Source: Eledone cirrhosa | Lineage: Eukaryota | Length of the DNA: 64,000 bases | Direction: 5' to 3' | NCBI GenBank assembly: GCA_964016885.1 | Contig: OZ024748.1 | Coordinates: 9,734,001-9,798,000, forward strand | In this document: in pieces, positions 52,897-64,000 of the stretch | Layout of the letters: each line of letters starts with the position of its first letter | How positions within the stretch are numbered: the first letter of the stretch is position 1 | Notes under the pieces: generated by a model | What the model was told of the DNA's origin: nothing | What the model saw: the letters and a program-made list of their open reading frames with translations, nothing else | The model's database searches: none | Translations under genes and position numbers: made by a program

Positions 52897-54296
52897 ATCT
52901 GAAAAGGACATTTAAAGTTTACTCAAGTGTAATTTATTAACTTTCTAAACGGTTTTAACTAGAACTGAAAATATATTTAACGGGTAATTGCCAAGGTGTT
53001 TTAAAATTAACACAAGTAGAAAAATAATTGTTTTAAAGAGATATATATCGTCTCTAAAGCTCATATAAAATTTGAGCTATCTACGGCCGCAACTTAATTA
53101 TGAAAAACTTTAAATAAATTACTGGATGGCAAAAATGGAAAAGGCAATTCTTTCGATGCGAAAAATGATTTATTTGAAAAGGAAAAAAAAAAAAAATGGA
53201 AGATCTCATTGAACGATTGACAAAAGATGTGGGCGTCAACTTGGACAGAAATATTTGGAGAGGGGGACTCTTTGATAAATGCCAGAAAGACCGATAAAAT
53301 ACAACAAAGGCTACCTCGATAATTAGTAGAAACTCTGAGGTAATTTAAGATGTAAAATATAATCCGAGATGTTAAAAAAGGGAGGAAGAAGACAACAAAG
53401 GGAACCTAGAGCGAGTGCGCAGGCGCCGACGCAGGCGCAGTGAAACAATCAGTTAATAAGGTTAAAATGTCGGAAGCCGCCAACCACGAGGCAAGACTTA
53501 ACCTTCACACAGATTATTATACAATAGATTAATTAAAACTATTTAATAGCGGTGGAAATATAATATAAAGTATTCGATATTCTAAGAGTACAGAGAGTTA
53601 CCAGCCAAGTTGTAATATCACCACATGGTGTATGTTGGAGGGGGGGGGGGACTTTAAACTGATAACGGGATTAATAAAGAATACCACATATTATATAATC
53701 CATATATAATTATATACACTCTTATCTATCGTTACTTCACATGAAACACGTCATGTGGTAAATTGGAGCAGAGAGGCATTTATAACATTTAATATATAAA
53801 ATATTTAAATTAACCAATTGGAAGTGAAAACCGGTGAGTGGAACAATTAAAACAATGTGGCTGTGAAAACCACGAGGAGAAAAAAAAGGAGGTCGTTCAT
53901 TCATCAAACAAAAGCCGGGTTTTCAATCACATAATGGAAATTAAAACGCATAAAATAGATTTAATGGAAAAAAAAAAAATTAGCCACTAATAAAAAAAAA
54001 ATGTTTTAAACCTACAGAAACCGATTGAAATAATCTCAAGTTTTATATATACACGAAACTGGTATATATATTGTATATAGATGCTAGGTATAGATTTCGG
54101 AAGCTTAATCAATAAATAGAATTGAACATGTCACTGCCATAGTAATGGCATAAATTAGAGAGAAAACAGGATTTACTCTCAATGGCATTTATGAGTAATT
54201 ATATAATAAAAAAACCAGTTAGTGGGTGCAGTATCATTATATAGGAAATACGTGTAATCTATATATCTATATATATCTCTATATATATATATCTTT

Positions 54297-54381
54297 ATTA
54301 CAGCAGTAATAGAAATACTAGCGTATATATATATATGCGTGTGTTACAGCAGTAGGGGCAGTAATAGAAATACTAGAGCAT

Positions 54382-54418
<37 letters not shown>

Positions 54419-54767
54419 AGATCAAAAGATGGTTAAAAGAGTTGCATGTATTTTATTATGCGCATTTCTAAAACAAATATCATGGGATGATAGGATGATA
54501 TATATATATATATATCTATATATATTACAGCAGTAGAGGCAGTAATAGCAATACTAGAGTGTATATTATATATATATATATTACAGCAGTAGAGGCAGTA
54601 ATAGCAATACTAGAGTTAATATATATATACATATTACAGCAGTAGAGGCAGTAACAGACAGTATATTATATAGTAGTATATATAATCTATAGACATAATA
54701 TATAGTAGTATATATAATCTATAGACATAATATATAGTAGTATATATAATCTATATTACAGCAGTAA
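54297..54767. repeat. Imperfect tandem repeats in HSC70 intron 1
   Basis: attacagcagtagaggcagtaatagcaatactagag units and 32-bp atatagtagtatatataatctatagacataat units. Confidence 0.75.
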
Positions 54768-55510
54768 TTTTCTGCCGCCATTCACAGCTGGGATTTACAT
54801 TTATTGAGGCAGGGCGTATCTCACATTTTATATTCTACACCATTTATTGTATATAACACATTAAATGTCTTTATCTTTCTACACATTTATATATCATTTC
54901 TATCTTCAGTTTTATTGCAATTTAGAGGGGTTTTTTTTTTTTTACATCTCAATAAAAGACCGAACTAAAGAAGTTTTATGTAGGAATTGGATTAAATTCT
55001 TAGTTTTTTAATTATTAAAATCTTATTAAACTGGAAGCAATGAATGAATCACATGGAAAGTTCAACAATTATATAATACATTCTAACTTTTAAAACATTT
55101 TACATATGTAATTTTACATTATACATATTTTTATATTTTATACAGACTTTAATATATGGATATAATATATTATCAAATATATTTAGGATAAAAAAATGTT
55201 TGCAAGTTTTTTTTTTTTTTGTTTTTTTTTTAAACGAAAAAATTAACTAGAATATTTCATAAATCCTACAATCAGAGATCGGTAGAAAATAGAGATTAGA
55301 GAATACATTTTTTTAAAATATAAAATGGGGAAAGACGGATGAATGAGGAAGAAAATGAAGGCTTGAAAAAAATAATGGCTATAAGATTACATGTATATAT
55401 ATATATTATATACATGTAATCTTAGCCATTATTTTGTACAACACGTGTATATTATATATATAGAGAGAGATAGATAGATATATATTATAAGGTGATAAAT
55501 GAATAATTAC

Positions 55511-55594
55511 CAGTGATAAGCTATTAAAGTGTTGAAGATACAATAAATTATTGGCTGCAGACAATGTGATCTGTTCAACAAATAGAATTGATCT
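55511..55594 (-). other. HSPA8: HSC70 non-coding first exon (5' UTR)
   Basis: Starts at Inr-like TCAGAT ~29 nt downstream of a TATAAAAG, contains no ATG, ends in CTG|gtaatt donor. The matching acceptor is 2 nt before the ATG at 52898. Confidence 0.7.
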
Positions 55595-55615
55595 GAAGCG
55601 GGAGCGGTCGATCGC

Positions 55616-55670
55616 CTTTTATATGGCAACTCATGGAACCTTCCAGTAACTATCATACGTCATACGTGAC
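55616..55670 (-). promoter_or_regulatory. HSC70 core promoter: TATA box plus heat shock element and CRE-like sites
   Basis: TATAAAAG at 55623-55616 (minus); gGAAccTTCcaGTAa at 55635-55649; tacgtca/acgtgac at ~55656-55669. Confidence 0.72.
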
Positions 55671-57546
55671 TTTTTTTCTTATCAATCATTATTTATCAAA
55701 AGACTTTCATCATAACCTTTTTTTACGTAATTAAGAAGAAATTATAAATGAAACTAAATTATAATCAATAACTAGAAATTAATTGTCCGGCTTTTTTTTT
55801 TATATATTGATATTTGTTTTGTTACTACTACAACTGCTACTATTATTACTACCTGTACAATGGTGGTAGTAGTAAGAGGTATATTATCAATGGCAGTTGG
55901 AGGGTAACAAACCCGGTTTCAATTCACACATCACCAGTCTCTACTGTATTTCACTGTGGGAGAAGCATTAACCCCACACACTACAGTTTTTACCCTGGGC
56001 AAGGCATGAACCCCACACACTTCAGTTTTTACTCTCTTTCACTGTTGGAAAGGCATGAACCACACACTCCAGTTTTGACTGGGAGGGGCATGAACCTCCC
56101 CACATCTCCAGTTTCCACTGTATTTGACTGGGAAGGGCATGAACCTCACACACTCTAGAATCTGATTTAATAATTAAAAAATGTTATTTTTACTGTAATA
56201 ATAGCGAGAGTTGTATCAGTGAAGAGAAAGAAATTGACCAGTCGGTTGACAGGCATGTACTTTGATGGTTGTTGTTTCAACCGGAGTCAAATCTATGATC
56301 AAAAGCACTTGTCATGACCATCCTGTCTTAGTGTGTATCCAGGATTTCATTATCCAATGTACCCTTTGCTTTTAAAAAAAAAAAGATAGTAGGCTGTTAT
56401 TTGAAGGAAAGTCTTGCTGTTTCTAGCAAGTGGAGCGAACACGTGGATGCCCGGTCATTAGCTGGGAGTCTGGTACCAGTAATAAAATGTTCGATACACT
56501 TGCATATTTTATAATCTATCTTCTAACGATAGTTTCTTTTCACTAGACAAACAGCAACTTTCAGATCTTGTCCAAAGCCATTAGTGATGACTACATAACA
56601 GGAGTGAAGACAGATGCGGTCGGTAATTGAAACTGATCCCGTAAATATACATTACCTTCGTCAAGAATTTAAACGATACTCTGTAATTTAATGTCAAAAT
56701 ATAAACAAAGAAAACTGTTACTATGACAATATTGAAACCATTTAAACCCGTGTTTGTTAAGGTGAGGCCTTCGTCAAGATTCTAGCTTTGTCTAGCTAAA
56801 TTTAAGTGGATCAATATTAAATATAAATCCTATATTGTTCGTCACATTAACACACCTCACAAAAATATTCCCCTCTCTTTACTAACATAATATCTATTGT
56901 TAAAGAGAAGAGGAATTTTCCCAGTTGAAACCAATATAGTTATAATACCTTTAGTACAGCACTGGTATTAGATACGGAGGTATATAAGTAAGAAATAATT
57001 ACTCCACTCCATTAATTAAACCAACTCACCGACAATTAATAACAGGAGCAGAAATTATATTAATTAGTAAATAATAATTAACTTTTTAAATAAGTTAGAA
57101 GTGGTAGGTTTTTTGTTCTGTCTAGTGATATGAAGTGAAATAACTACAACTGGAAATATGTGAATATTTGAAAGGTGGACGAAGTGTAAAGCAGCATGTG
57201 TCTATGATTCATGTCTGTATCTCACATTAGTCATAATGGTTTGTTTCTAAGGTATAAAGTCAAATTCTTCGTTGAGGGGGGAGATGTATAATTAATTGCA
57301 TTAAGGATATATTTTATGGGATTCCAAATTAATTAAATACAAAGACTTTAGGGTTAATCTACGGTGTTTATTAACAATAAAGGTGCAAAGTAAACGCAAT
57401 AAGCTATAATTTTTATTCCTCATAAAGATCTGAATGTCTTACTGGAGCTTATTTTATTTTAATACGATAAACGGGATGAAAGACTGAATTCGACAAAAAC
57501 CGGATTTCAACTAAAAGATATCAAAAGTCATTAAAGGATGTCTGCT

Positions 57547-57561
57547 GTTCTCGAACGTTCA
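57547..57561. promoter_or_regulatory. Perfect 3-unit heat shock element ~2 kb upstream of HSC70
   Basis: gTTCtcGAAcgTTCa = nTTCn-nGAAn-nTTCn. Confidence 0.55.
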
Positions 57562-57616
57562 CGCGAATTCCACACACACACATGACTAAAAGATGTCTAT
57601 TTCTTTCTCTCTCTCC

Positions 57617-57678
<62 letters not shown>

Positions 57679-57746
57679 AAACTTGGACGGGAACAAAAAC
57701 AGAGGCAGTACAAATAAAAGTTTATTAGGTTCACGCTCATACAGTG

Positions 57747-57777
<31 letters not shown>

Positions 57778-57804
57778 TGAAGGAAGTCTGACTCTCTTCT
57801 CTCC

Positions 57805-57854
<50 letters not shown>

Positions 57855-58805
57855 GCATACATACATGACTAAAGCAAGCGTGTCTCTCTCCATATATATA
57901 TATATATAGCGTAGTCTAATATAGGTTATTTAATTAAGAGTAACTTCGAAGTTTCGAAGAGTTAGTTAATGTGACAGAATATATTTTATGTTCCCAACAA
58001 ATAAAGTGCCAAGTGTCCATCATCGAGCAGGAATTTATAATATTAATGTTTTAGTATCAACCATCTCTTTATACTACCCTAATAAGTAATATTGTTTCTT
58101 TCGACTAATGATAGAAAGCTGACATTTAGGGAGAGATGAATAACTCCAATATATATATATGGTTTACCATATAACATGGGTGTAATTAAATAGTGACAAC
58201 TAAGGATCGACACTATACGTGTAACTTTAAAATTGTAGATACGATTATAGGAGGATTTTTATTTCATAGAAATAGTGTAGAAGGAACGAGAAATTTCGTT
58301 GAATGAAAGGAGGATTTCAACTGAAAAATATCTCCGATACCTCAACCATATCCTTCAATTATACGAGAAGTTTCGCGCGAATTCGAGTCACAGCAAGAGG
58401 TAGTTAGTGACAAAAGGAAGTCTTTAACAACACGTGTATACAGGATTTTTCTCTGCGTGTGTGTTCACATATATATATATATATGTCTAAAGTCTGTCTT
58501 AAGCCAGAATATATATACATACATACATAGAAAGATATGTAAAATTCCAACCGCGACGCCAAGCGGTTTCGGATCGTAGATTCGAGGAGTAAATCGGGAC
58601 GTGACCACAGTTAAAGAGAGTGCTCAATACGTTGGTAAAATATAAAAAAAAAAACAGTTCTAGTCCTATAGAAGTTATTTCTACATATAATAAAAATGCT
58701 CTTGTGTTTTGTTCGTTCATTTTCAACTATATATAAGCACACGCGTATATTTATTTATCTGTATATAGACATACATGTGTTTATATATATATATATATAT
58801 ATAAC

Positions 58806-58969
58806 TGTTTCTACTTTAGGCACAAGGCCAGCAATATTACTGGTACTTTATTTTATCGACCCCCGTAAGGATGAAAGGCAAAGTCAACCTCGGCGGGATT
58901 TGAACTCAGATCATAAAGGGACGTAACTATGCTGGAAAGCATGGCGTCCGACCCTCTACCGAAACTGCC
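58806..58969 (-). mobile_element. tRNA-derived SINE copy
   Basis: Reverse complement of the 44578 family, flanked by tatatataac on both sides. Confidence 0.8.
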
Positions 58970-58974
58970 ATATA

Positions 58975-59175
58975 TATAACGAAGGAATTGTGGTAAGGAA
59001 CCAGATGGACCATAACGCACCAGAGTACTCAATACTTTGGGTAGTAGAGTGGGTAATAGGAAAAAGTATGACCCCGAGGGCAGAGCTCAAGCCGTTTCGA
59101 CGGCTATTTCTGGACTCAATAATAAGCCGTCGAAACGGCTAGAGCTCTGCCGTCGGGGGTCATACTTTTTCCTAT
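58975..59175 (-). mobile_element. Penelope-like 3' end remnant with inverted repeat
   Basis: IR 59056-59175 (ATAGGAAAAAGTATGACCCCGA...TCGGGGGTCATACTTTTTCCTAT) containing CGAAACGGC. Shares gtactcaatac with 20520-20690; related tgctcaatac at ~58620 and ttgagtacc at ~43228. Confidence 0.45.
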
Positions 59176-59419
59176 ATATATACATATACAGGGCTGGGTT
59201 TAATGGGGGGGGGGGGGCTCCACCAGCGACGGCCGTAACAATTTGTTCCCTCAACTGGGCTTTTTAGCTTTAGGATGGTTAGAATTTTTGAATGTAATAC
59301 CTGTATGTATAACTTTTCAATTCCAATTACTTGCGGCAAGCTAACTTTGATATGTAAAATTGGATCAATGAAATGCTAGAGGGTTGATGCAGCATTGTGT
59401 GAACAGAGTGGCATCCTAA

Positions 59420-59960
59420 GAAACTCGAAGTGGCTGAAATGAATCGTAAGGGACGTATCTGGTTGTACACCTACACAAAATCGATTTTCGAAAAGACCCT
59501 AGCTCCATGTCAGGTAGCAGAAAAATCCTGTATGAGTATGAGAGACACAGGATACTTATTAGGTTCCGTACGAGTGTTAAGAAACTGATAGTCCCCACAA
59601 AGTCGTCAGTCACGTGAAAAGGAGAAGGCCCACGGAGACTGGATGAATGGACAATGCCCAGTTCCAGCATGATCAAAGTCTGCTTTAGCGATAAGGAGCA
59701 AGTTGACATGGTTTAGAAGAAACCGGAGGGCCCTTGGTCACAATATGATGTGTAACATTGTGGGTCACAGGCCGACTGTTAAACACCAGGGCATGATATT
59801 GGCGTGTCTGCGCCGAAGTGTTGCATCTGCTGGACTGCACTTGGTTCAAGAAAAGAGAGCTGATGGAGGGTACCCTAGTGTTGATACTGCACACATTGAG
59901 ACCAGAGGTGGAATCAGTCTGATGTGTTTAATGTCCACCAGGAGGTCAAAATGGTGTAGA
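59420..59960 (+). mobile_element. Possible decayed LINE ORF1 (gag-like Cys/His knuckle remnants)
   Basis: GC-balanced segment with fragments such as C..PGHD...KCCIC interrupted by stops; weak similarity only. Confidence 0.35.
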
Positions 59961-61669
59961 AAATCTGCTCATAGGATCAGAGTCAGCAACTGGAAAATTC
60001 AGCAGAGCTCCAAATCCAGGGTTAGGGACTTCTCTCTGAATGTAGGGATTGGAGAGTAGTTAACCACTGGGTTTCCTGTTGCCTGGCACCAGGAAACATG
60101 GTAGGGCACTAGCCTCTGTCCACCAGAAAACAAATATTGGTCGATCGCTCACTAATTGAAGTGAAGTCTATTTGTTGTGGAAGAAATCACAACCAGGACA
60201 ACAATTCTGGTTTTATATATTGTTTTGCTTCACCTCACGAAGATAACAATAAGACTACTTTGAATTGTAAATACAATAATTAATTATATTGTTCACAAAT
60301 GAATATAGTGTTCAATAAGGCTTGTGTGTTGTGTGAAGAGCATCTTTACTGTGGAATGTTCCCTTAAAAGTGACAAGTCAGCAGAGGTAATAGTAAACTG
60401 TTATGTGGCAGGCTGTGTTGTTATGGCAATGTAAGAGAGACCAAGCCACAATATACCCTATTATCCAGTCCGAAACAAATGAGGTCGTGTAGGTGTCACG
60501 ACAAAAAAACACACAGTCCACGCTGTAATGTGGCCGTATGGGTAACACGGTAAAAACCTCCCAGTCCCACACTGTAAACGTGGTTGGTGTTAGGAAGGGC
60601 ATCCAGCCGTAGAAAACCCGCCAGACTCCTATACGAGCAGGACAACCAATCTTGCCTCAAGTGGGAATACTCCCGTCCAAACCCATGAAAGCGTGGAAGA
60701 TGGACGTTGAATGATGATGATGATGATGATGTTCCCTACTTAGCTGTTTAATTTTGGCACTGTAGTTCTTCTATATACTTAAGTTAGGTCTCCGAGGTCA
60801 GTGCCTTGGTGATGGTAGCCTTTCGAAAATCACTGTGGCAATTTTTTCCTTGCTACAGACCCGCCACTTTGTAAGCTAATTTGAAAAAAAAAGAGTCCTT
60901 AAGTTGTTGTTCATGCCCTTCTCGAGGGACGTTATATTAGTGTTGATGTTATAAGCAATATGTAAAAAATCAGTAGTTTTATTCTAGACACAACACAGGA
61001 ATACTGTATGTTGAAAGCCCAGATACAGCAGATGTTTCGTCTGACATATATAATTCATCTCATAATCAATAAACTCTGGCTTTGTTACATTTCTTTTGCT
61101 TTTCCATTTTGTCAACATATTCGATACCCTAATTATTTATGTATTATCTCAACACAGACTTTCTTCCTTGTCATCTGAATTTCAGATTATATTCCTCCCA
61201 TTACAGCCTTTGGCTACTGGTGGAATCTTCTAATTATTTATATATAATCTTGCCCCATCCTGGTTTGGGGGAATTAATTCTTAAAATAAGGATCCCTTTT
61301 ATGTAAATGAACTCCCCAACCCCCATTATATAGTAATAATAACAATCAAAAGCAAGAAATGGTGTTAATTATAAAACAAAGATCTCAAAAATTTCAAGTT
61401 AGCACACGGACCCTCCTCACTACATTTGTGGACCCCAAGTTGGGAACTGCTGCTCTAAGTGATCCATGAATAAAGAAACCTATGATCAAATCCTTTCCAG
61501 TCGTGGCCATCCCGATATTTCAAAGTTGTTAGACTGTGATATGGCTATTATTTTTAGTAGATCAAACTCACTCATCCATGACTTTGTTATTAAGAGATAA
61601 ATAGCAGAAACAGTGAAGAGCCTTGTGGTATTTCTTTCATTATTTTGTGTTCTGAGTTTAAACTGTGTT

Positions 61670-61699
<30 letters not shown>

Positions 61700-61703
<4 letters not shown>

Positions 61704-61930
61704 CTTCAGCATTCAGTAATCAGAAAAAGGGAGGCAGGTATAAAAGCCAAACTCACAATCTTGAATTCGGTATTTGTGCCAACCCTTACCTAAGGTCATA
61801 AATCTTGGGTAATGATCGAAAAATACAATTGCGAATACAAGCACACAAAATGGTGTCCCTCTGAAGGGTCTTTGGAGTAATGTTGTTTGATAGAGTGTAG
61901 CTCAGAGATTAGAGAGTCACTACTTCTCCA
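61700..61930 (+). mobile_element. Short RTE fragment related to 7650-8597
   Basis: aaaagccaaactc, gtgccaacccttacct and tttggagtaatgtt are shared with 8130-8275. Confidence 0.6.
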
Positions 61931-62505
61931 AAGTTTCAAAATTTGAATAAAATATATTTTACTTCTTTCCTTGTCTCTCTCTCTGTATCTATCTATCTCT
62001 TATTATACCTCTTCATCTCTCGCTCTATTTTCCTTCCACAAGAACAGAGATGATTCTATATGATCTGTTCATAATAAAATACAGTTTACGGGTTTATGGC
62101 TCATTCAAAGTCAACAAGTCTTTATTCAGTATCTGATGCGTTTTAAATATTAACAGATCAACCACTTGAGCACCTAGCAATCTGATGAACATGCAAGACT
62201 TCCCAAGATCCAGCTCAACATGCTCTCCACCATATACACTGCCACATTATTTAATAATCCTTTCACACATTTTCCATGTACCCACTCAATGCATTTGAAA
62301 ATAATAGGCAATGTATTTCACTGGAAATATGGTAACAAATGGGTCAATATTTGCTAGATAAGTTGCACCAGTAACAAAAACAATCACTTATGTACGATTA
62401 TACACCAGTTTTAAATACTTAAAAATAAAACTTATTAAAAGTGAAATGGATTTTATTTGTGATGATACATGAAGAAAATAATGATATACTATATGAAAGA
62501 TGTGT

Positions 62506-62684
62506 TCAAATTGTTAATGCATCTCCCTGCATCTCTTGACTGAGTTGTGTCTGTAAGTCACTCAGCTTCTTCTTTAAGACTGCAATGGCAGATAAAACAA
62601 TGTTTTCTGGTCGCAATGAAGCACACGATTCCACATTAAAGTAGAATTTATTTGGTCTGCCTGAGGGGTCAAACGGGGCTTGTG
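62506..62684 (-). CDS. POLR2C: DNA-directed RNA polymerase II subunit RPB3, terminal exon
   Basis: ttcag|(S)[58 protein letters not shown] matches the RPB3 C-terminus. Confidence 0.93.
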
Positions 62685-63930
62685 CTGAAGAGAAAAATAT
62701 GATGAAACAAATATATGATTTAGAATTGAGACAGATACAGAAATAATTGAATTGAATTTGTCATTATTTCAGTTGTATGTATGTATGTCTTCATTGAGAT
62801 TATAAATAATTACACAATTAACAGGTTATTCAACAAAGGAAATACTTCAGACATTTAGAGCTGTTCATGTATTTTACATTTAACAAAGTCCCTTTCATTA
62901 CCATATTTCTAATGAAACATTGCTTATCATTTTCAAATAATTTTGAAAATAATCAAGAATTTGAAAAGATATAACTTTCATATTAAACTGGTGTTTGGAG
63001 CATAACTCAACAAAGGTTCTTATATAAAATTATGATCGAAAGTTTTCAGATAAATATAAACATTTCAAGACAGTTCAGTATCATAGAATGAGGAGCAGCT
63101 TAAGACAGGTTGGTATGAAAAGGGTTAAGATACTACCCAATAGCCAGTTCCTTAAGAATGAATCCTTTATTAATTTTACAGAAATAGAGAAAGATCAGTT
63201 AAATTTCCTTTTTTGTTATTGCTAGATAAAGTAAATGTTCTACTTCAGTATAATGAAGTTGAAGATGATACAAATGTAGCAACATTTATGAATGATTGTG
63301 ATCTAAAGTATCATTGAATTGATGTTCTATAGAATTATTTAATATCTTTGTCACTGATGTATATAAATATATATCAAAAATAGGTGTGTATATATTGTCG
63401 TCAATGTGCAAAGGAGTGAAGGTCTTTAGTGGGCTTGAAAAGCCATATCCAAGCGTCACACATGTGAATCTGACAAGCGATTGCAATACTCTTAGAATGA
63501 GTTTGCAGCCATCATATACATAAATAAGAGATGTGAGTATGTGTATGTATATATATATATATATGTGTGTGTAAAAAAAAGTGAGTGTATGTGTGTATAT
63601 ACATATATATATATATAGACACATACAAATAAAATCACAGTTTAATGTTTCTGAAGACGGCCGATTGAACAAGCATTCCAAGACTAGAAATAGCTAATAA
63701 CTTAATCACTACCATGCTAGTCGATACATTGATCTCCGTCGATCAATCAACCCTCTGAAACGATTGTAATACAATGAACTAACTAAGAACCTACACCTGA
63801 TTTTTGTTTTGTTTTCATTGTTCTATGCACAAACACACATATATATCATCATTGTTTAATGTCTATCTTTCATGATAGCATGGGTTAGACAATATATATA
63901 TATATATATACAACAGTATATAGTACTTAC

Positions 63931-63971
63931 AGGGATCATCTGTTTCAAGCTCACTGTATTCACTTCGAGGC
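63931..63971 (-). CDS. POLR2C: RPB3 penultimate exon (gene continues beyond window)
   Basis: tttcag|(W)PRSEYSELETDDP(S)|gtaagt, phase compatible with the terminal exon; resembles RPB3 WPKSEYSEL. Confidence 0.88.
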
Positions 63972-64000
63972 CTGAAACAATAAGAGAACAAACATCAAAA

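Noticed and set aside
56583-56636. Possible box C/D snoRNA (GTGATGA...CTGA)
   Set aside because: Short, no terminal stem, intergenic, and no recognisable rRNA antisense element.

Overview
Eukaryotic, AT-rich animal genomic DNA with many (TA)n tracts. The repeat landscape (RTE LINEs, Nin/Deu-domain tRNA SINEs, Penelope-like pLTR remnants) resembles Octopus/cephalopod DNA; this is an inference. Three protein-coding genes were reconstructed by hand with consistent splice phases. (1) A 9-coding-exon CNC-bZIP gene on + (27760-41403, ~980 aa) with an Nrf1-type ER anchor, N-glycosylation domain and Keap1-type DLG/ETGE degrons. (2) A convergent intron-containing HSC70 gene on - (CDS 52896-50011, 648 aa) with a TATA+HSE promoter and a candidate second promoter inside intron 1. 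(3) The last two exons of RNA polymerase II subunit RPB3/POLR2C on -. The rest is mostly transposon debris (RTE, R4/Dong, CRE, SINEs, MITEs) and tandem repeats. Most notable observations: dispersed Penelope-type minimal hammerhead ribozymes, one with an intact core, several inside long inverted repeats between the convergent Nrf and HSC70 genes; a perfect heat-shock element in the putative Nrf promoter; a duplicated splice-acceptor/pseudo-exon inside the Nrf gene; and an unexplained multi-hairpin segment at ~22.6 kb. Most ORFs in the supplied track are microsatellite artefacts.
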